Source: an uncultured bacterium | Lineage (GTDB): Bacteria; Planctomycetota; SZUA-567; JAKLDR01 | Reading direction: 5' to 3' | NCBI GenBank assembly: GCA_937935355.1 | Contig: CALGYR010000143.1 | Location: 8,077-72,076 of the forward strand | Length of the DNA stretch: 64,000 bases | Translations under genes and position numbers: made by a program | Shown: positions 60,107 through 64,000 of the stretch, piece after piece | How positions within the stretch are numbered: the stretch's first letter is position 1 | Layout of the letters: every line of letters begins with the position of its first letter | Notes under the pieces: model-generated | Databases searched by the model: none | Told to the model about the DNA's origin: nothing | Seen by the model: the letters and a program-made list of their open reading frames with translations, nothing else

Positions 60107-61177
60107 TCAAAGCCCCGGCACCAGCCGTACCGGGATGTTTATCCGCACGGTCCGCAGCTGCGGATTCCTGCGGCGCAGCTCGATGCGCTCGAGCGCGACC
60201 GCGGCCATGTCGCGGTGATCCCAGACGACCATCGCCGGGCGCCGGCCGCCGGCGAACTCCTCCTCCATCAGGCTGCGGTAGCCGTCCTGGGTGGTCCAGC
60301 CGGCGACGTCCAGGTCCCGGCCGATCTCCAGGCCCAGCTCCCGCGCGGCCCGGGCGACGTGCGCGGTTCGCATCCGCCACATGGCCAGCACCGCCGTGGG
60401 GCGGTCATTTCCCGAGAGAAGCCGCCTGGCGGCCTCCGGGTCGCCGGCGTCCGCGACGACGTGCTCGCGGCGCATCTCCAGGCCGTGCTTGAGGAGGGCC
60501 GCCTGCGCGCCGGTGAAGCGTTCCAGGCTGTGGCGCGACTCGGTCACGTCGCCGAGCCAGCCGATCTTCCGGTGGCCCTTCCCGATCAGGTGTTCGGCCG
60601 CGGCCCGGGCCCCGCCGTGGTTGTCCTGGAGCACGCAGTCCATGGGCAGGTCGTCGGTGACCGCGTCGACGGCCACGCAGGGCAGGCCGCTCTGGTGCAG
60701 CAATTCGTGCAGCGCGCGGCTGTTGTTCTCGACCAGCACGCCCCAGGCGCCGGCGTCGGCGATGATGCGCATGACCTCCTCGGCTGGCCGGCCCCGGACG
60801 CCCACGGTCATCACCTGGGATTCGGCGCGGACCAGCATGTCCTGCACCACAGCGGCGACGCCGCCGTCGGCCTCCGCCGGTCCGCGGTGTTCGACGTTGC
60901 TGACGAAGACCAGCGGGCTGCCGGGCTTCTCGCCGGCCGACTTCAGGAGCGCCCGGTAGCCGTGGCCCCGCTCGGGCCGCACGAGCCCCTCGGCCACCAG
61001 CCGCTTGAGCGCCCGGCGCACCGTGCCCCGGCCCACTCCGTAGCGCGCGGCCAGGTCGCGCTCGCCGGGCAGGTAGTCGCTGGGGGCGGTCCGCCCGCCC
61101 AGGAGATCCCGCCGGATCTCGTCGACCATCCGCTCAGTGGCCGGGGCTTTGCTGTTAGCCTTGGCTGGCGCTGACAT
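60107..61177 (-). CDS. transcriptional regulator: GntR-type HTH N-domain + periplasmic-binding-protein (LacI-type) sugar-binding C-domain
   Basis: HTH ...LPGERDLAARYGVGRGTVRRALKRLVAEGLV... The C-terminal domain is the Peripla_BP fold. It is the first gene of a minus-strand operon with the two propeller genes. Confidence 0.7.
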   Translation of the reverse strand: MSAPAKANSKAPATERMVDEIRRDLLGGRTAPSDYLPGERDLAARYGVGRGTVRRALKRLVAEGLVRPERGHGYRALLKSAGEKPGSPLVFVSNVEHRGPAEADGGVAAVVQDMLVRAESQVMTVGVRGRPAEEVMRIIADAGAWGVLVENNSRALHELLHQSGLPCVAVDAVTDDLPMDCVLQDNHGGARAAAEHLIGKGHRKIGWLGDVTESRHSLERFTGAQAALLKHGLEMRREHVVADAGDPEAARRLLSGNDRPTAVLAMWRMRTAHVARAARELGLEIGRDLDVAGWTTQDGYRSLMEEEFAGGRRPAMVVWDHRDMAAVALERIELRRRNPQLRTVRINIPVRLVPGL

Positions 61178-61282
61178 CCACTGGTCCCTTCGTAGGTATC
61201 ATGACTGGTTCCATGTGATACACCGGTCAGGTGCCGGTGTTGATGGAAAAGTCTGAAGTCAGATGGGCCGAGACTGAGACAG

Positions 61283-61505
61283 ACTCAGGTCGGTCGGACG
61301 GTCAGAAGCCAACAGCCAACAGCCAACAGCCAACAGCCAACGACTGACAGGCAATGCCTTTACCCTGAGACAGGAGCAGGCCATGGCGGTCGGACTTGCC
61401 TGCGGCCTACCGCTCCGCCATAGCAGTCCGGTGCTCCTCAATGGTTGTTGGTTATTGGTTTGTTGGCTGTTGGTTGCTGGTTGCTGGTCTGTTGGTTGTT
61501 GGCTG
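61283..61505. repeat. inverted repeat with arms of (CCAACAG)n and (CTGTTGG)n tandem units
   Basis: agccaacagccaacagccaacagccaacagccaacgactgacag ... ggttgttggttattggtttgttggctgttggttgctggttgctggtctgttggttgttggctgttcg, ~110-bp spacer. Confidence 0.7.
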
Positions 61506-61532
61506 TTCGTCCCCATCTCGGGAAAGAGGCCC

Positions 61533-63968
61533 TCACTCGCCCCGTTCCGGCGCCTCCTCGCCCTTAAGCCTGAAGTAGTGGCTCCGCGGCGAGCGGCTGG
61601 GCCGCACCTTCTCGATGACGCCCTCGGCGCAGAGCTGTTGGAGGTCGCTGGTGGCCGTCGGCAGTGAAATGCCCAGCGTCGCGGCCGCCTCCTGGCGGGT
61701 GAGCCGTCCGTGTTCGCGGAAGAGCTCCGCGAGGCGCTCGAGGCGGCGGATGGTGCTCGTGCCCTTGCGGAGCGGCCCGTCGATGTTTGCCGGCGCTCTT
61801 GCGGACGGTTGTCTGGCCTCCGGAGCCGCCGGCGCTCCGCCCAGGTCCTCGAGCTCGTAGGCCAGCTTGTCGGAGTTCATCAGCCGCATGCGCTCGACGG
61901 CGTTCCGGAGCTCGCGGACGTTGCCGGGCCAGTCGCGCCGCTCGAGTTCGGCCTTGAGCGCGTCGGACATGGCCGGACGCCGCCCGTCGCGGCGGTTCTC
62001 GGCCAGGAAGTGCCCGGCGAGCGGCAGAACGTCCTCTCGCCGCTCGGCGAGCGGAGGGATGTGGATCTCCAGGCGCTTGAGCCGGAAGAGCAGGTCGGGG
62101 CGGAATGCTCCCTCCCGCGAGCGCCGGGCGAGGTCCGCGTTGGTGGCGGCCAGCACCCGGCAGGCGAGGCGCCGGCTGCGGTTGGCGCCCACCGGGCGGA
62201 TCTCGCCGCTCTCGAGCACCCGCAGCAGCGCGGCCTGCAGCCGCGGCGAGACGTCGCCGATCTCGTCCAGGAACACCGTGCCGCGAGCCGCCTCCTCGAA
62301 GATGCCCCGGCGCGCGCGGGCCGCGCCGGTGAAGGCTCCGCGTTCGTGGCCGAAGAGCTCGCTCTCGAGCAGGTTCTCGGCGATGGCCCCGCAGTTGATG
62401 GCGAGGAACGGTCCGCCGGCGCGCGGCGAGAGCTCGTGGATGGCCCGGGCGACGAGCTCCTTGCCCGTGCCGGTTTCGCCGGTGACGAGCACCGGGGCGT
62501 CGGCCGGCGCCATCCGCGCGACCGCCTCGCGGACTGCGACTATGGCCGGGCTGTGGCCGACGATCCGCTCGATGCCGGTCGGGGCGGGACGCACCGTTCC
62601 GGCGCTCGCGGCGACGACCGCGGATGCGGCCGGATCGGAGAGACCGTCCGCGGCCGGCTCGCGCGCGGAGCGCTCCAGGAAGAGCACGTCGCCGGGCGAG
62701 AGCTCGCAGGCCAGGCGCAGTTCGAGCTCCAGCCGGCCCTCGGCCCGGTAGCGCCGCACGGCCCGCGAAAGCGCCGCGAAATGCCGCGCCGCCGCCGGGC
62801 GGTCCCCGGCCAGCAGTTCGGCGCGCGCGAGGTACAGGTCGTCCATGTAGTGCCGGTTGCCCAGGCCGCGCCGCTGTTCGACGATTCGCCGCGCGGCCTC
62901 GCCGTTGCCGCAGGAGAGCTCGCAGCGGATCAGGTTGAAGGTGTCGAAGCCGATGCCCTGGAGGTGGTGATCGCCCTGTTCCCTGGCCCGGAGCCGGGCG
63001 GCTTCGAGCGCCTCGGTCGGACGCCGGGCCGCGAGGCGGTCGACCACCGGGAGCCAGCTATCCTCCACGTCCTCCCAGCCGGGCTTGAAGGGCATCTCCG
63101 GCACCGGGCCGTAGCGGCCCTTCGGGATCCACCGGTCGAGCATGGCGCTGAGCAGGTTGAAGTAGTTGAAGTGTCCCTGCCTTCTGTTGAACGACACCTT
63201 GTCGGGGTCCACCTCGAGGGCCGGCAGAAGGTCCAGCGCGGGGCGCACTTGGATCGTCTCGACGTAGTGGGTGAAGCGGCACAGGGCCACGACATATGAA
63301 GCTTCGGCGTCCCCATGGGTCAGAAGGCGGTCGAGATCGCGATCGGCGTCGGGGCCCATGCCCAACTGGGCCAGGAACCTGCAGCGGACCTCCGCCCCGA
63401 TGCAGAAGCCGTCCGGCGGCAGGATGGCCATGGCCTGCTTGAGGAGTTCGCAGCGACGCACCTTGTCGCCCAGCCGGCTGGCGTGCAGGCCCTCGTAGAT
63501 GAGCACCATGGCCCTCAGCTCGGGAGGGTCGCGTTCGGTCACCGCGGATCTCATGCGGTTGACCACGGCGCTCATCTCGTCGAGCAGATCGAGCCGGCTG
63601 TCCAATTCCGCCCAGGACGACCAGAAGATGATGGCCAGGTCGAGCCGGTCGAAGCTCTTGACCTTGCGGGCCTGAGCCAGTGCCTCCTTGGCGGGAGCCT
63701 GGCCGTTGAGCGCTCTGCAGATGGCGGTCACGGCCTCCAGCACCGGCTCCCGGGGACCCGAGTAGGCCTTCAGCGCCGCGGTCAGGGATTGACCGCGGAA
63801 GTGGTATTCGACCACCGGATGGAAAGTGGTGCGCGGAGTCTCGGCGTGCAAAGCTCTGCCCCCATTGCTCCATTGGTTGTCTGCAGGTAAAAAATAGGAT
63901 AAGCGTCCATCTCGATTAGTCAAATCACTCTCTATGACAATCTGGGCGTTGATCGCAAGGAGCGTCAT
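61533..63968 (-). CDS. sigma54-dependent transcriptional activator with ~480-aa N-terminal sensor/TPR-like domain and C-terminal Fis-type HTH
   Basis: Central AAA+ domain has VLVTGETGTGKE (Walker A), ESELFGHERGAFTGA (the GAFTGA sigma54-contact motif) and GTVFLDEIG. C-terminal HTH ...AAATLGISLPTATSDLQQL... Confidence 0.8.
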   Translation of the reverse strand: MTLLAINAQIVIESDLTNRDGRLSYFLPADNQWSNGGRALHAETPRTTFHPVVEYHFRGQSLTAALKAYSGPREPVLEAVTAICRALNGQAPAKEALAQARKVKSFDRLDLAIIFWSSWAELDSRLDLLDEMSAVVNRMRSAVTERDPPELRAMVLIYEGLHASRLGDKVRRCELLKQAMAILPPDGFCIGAEVRCRFLAQLGMGPDADRDLDRLLTHGDAEASYVVALCRFTHYVETIQVRPALDLLPALEVDPDKVSFNRRQGHFNYFNLLSAMLDRWIPKGRYGPVPEMPFKPGWEDVEDSWLPVVDRLAARRPTEALEAARLRAREQGDHHLQGIGFDTFNLIRCELSCGNGEAARRIVEQRRGLGNRHYMDDLYLARAELLAGDRPAAARHFAALSRAVRRYRAEGRLELELRLACELSPGDVLFLERSAREPAADGLSDPAASAVVAASAGTVRPAPTGIERIVGHSPAIVAVREAVARMAPADAPVLVTGETGTGKELVARAIHELSPRAGGPFLAINCGAIAENLLESELFGHERGAFTGAARARRGIFEEAARGTVFLDEIGDVSPRLQAALLRVLESGEIRPVGANRSRRLACRVLAATNADLARRSREGAFRPDLLFRLKRLEIHIPPLAERREDVLPLAGHFLAENRRDGRRPAMSDALKAELERRDWPGNVRELRNAVERMRLMNSDKLAYELEDLGGAPAAPEARQPSARAPANIDGPLRKGTSTIRRLERLAELFREHGRLTRQEAAATLGISLPTATSDLQQLCAEGVIEKVRPSRSPRSHYFRLKGEEAPERGE

Positions 63969-64000
63969 TATGTGTGTTGAGCGACTTGGCGGCAGTGCAC

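Noticed and set aside
61710-63299. 529-aa plus-strand ORF
   Set aside because: Antisense to the sigma54 activator gene, which has GAFTGA and Walker motifs.
1-64000. CRISPR arrays
   Set aside because: All tandem repeats found are heptamer or octamer arrays or inverted-repeat hairpins, with no regular repeat-spacer periodicity. No cas genes are present.

Overview
High-GC (~68-70%) bacterial chromosomal segment. Most long ORFs in the six-frame track are GC-driven artefacts, so genes were called by protein-like composition, recognisable motifs, RBS and context. Both strands were read by eye; no CRISPR array or rRNA gene was seen.

Three things dominate the window:

1. **Low-GC genomic island (~4.78-15.49 kb).** It is inserted at the 3' end of a tRNA-Glu gene, which follows a tRNA-Lys gene. 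A 16-bp direct repeat of the tRNA 3' end marks the distal boundary, and an IS256-family transposase remnant sits next to the tRNA. The island carries a 2543-aa secreted polymorphic toxin: signal peptide, beta-helix repeats, PKD domain, Hint (intein-like) domain and a variable C-terminal toxin of unknown family. A small putative immunity gene follows it, and HEAT-repeat genes flank it. GC content drops sharply part-way through the toxin ORF.

2. **RNA-repair supercluster (28.6-44.2 kb).** In order it contains:
   - rtcR, divergently transcribed from the rest;
   - four tRNA-like cloverleaf sequences with atypical features (C33, acceptor-stem mismatches, two of them overlapping);
   - a sigma54-type promoter;
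   - an SPFH gene, rtcA, two unknown genes (one a zinc-ribbon protein translationally coupled to rtcB), and rtcB;
   - an ATP-dependent Rnl-type RNA ligase and an unknown partner gene;
   - a Sel1-repeat gene;
   - Hen1, two unknown low-GC genes, and Pnkp.

   This packs RtcB, Rnl, Pnkp-ligase and Hen1 functions into one locus together with non-canonical tRNA-like RNAs. It is the best candidate for an undescribed system here.

3. **Defence-like cassette (44.5-46.7 kb).** An ABC/AAA_21-type ATPase, a small Toprim-signature protein (E...DxD) and a small ORF form an OLD/PARIS-like split ATPase-nuclease module. It is bracketed by copies of a ~90-bp palindromic MITE-like element, which occurs four times in the window.

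Several repeat families recur at gene boundaries:
- GTCCCCG heptamer arrays at four loci, in both orientations;
- intergenic hairpins whose arms are short tandem repeats, one inserted in-frame inside an oxidoreductase gene and one supplying the 3' end of another gene;
- a 100-bp REP-like element duplicated inside the rtc operon.

Other genes: MBL hydrolase, ThuA, CPBP protease, PstS-like binding protein, AAA/DUF4143 ATPase, DegP plus a catalytically degenerate paralogue, EF-hand protein, a lipoprotein with duplicated Trp-rich (WXXGXW-type) modules, AlbA_2 protein, HNH + TPR pair, AAA ATPase, two secreted Kelch-type propellers with a GntR/LacI regulator, and a sigma54 activator.
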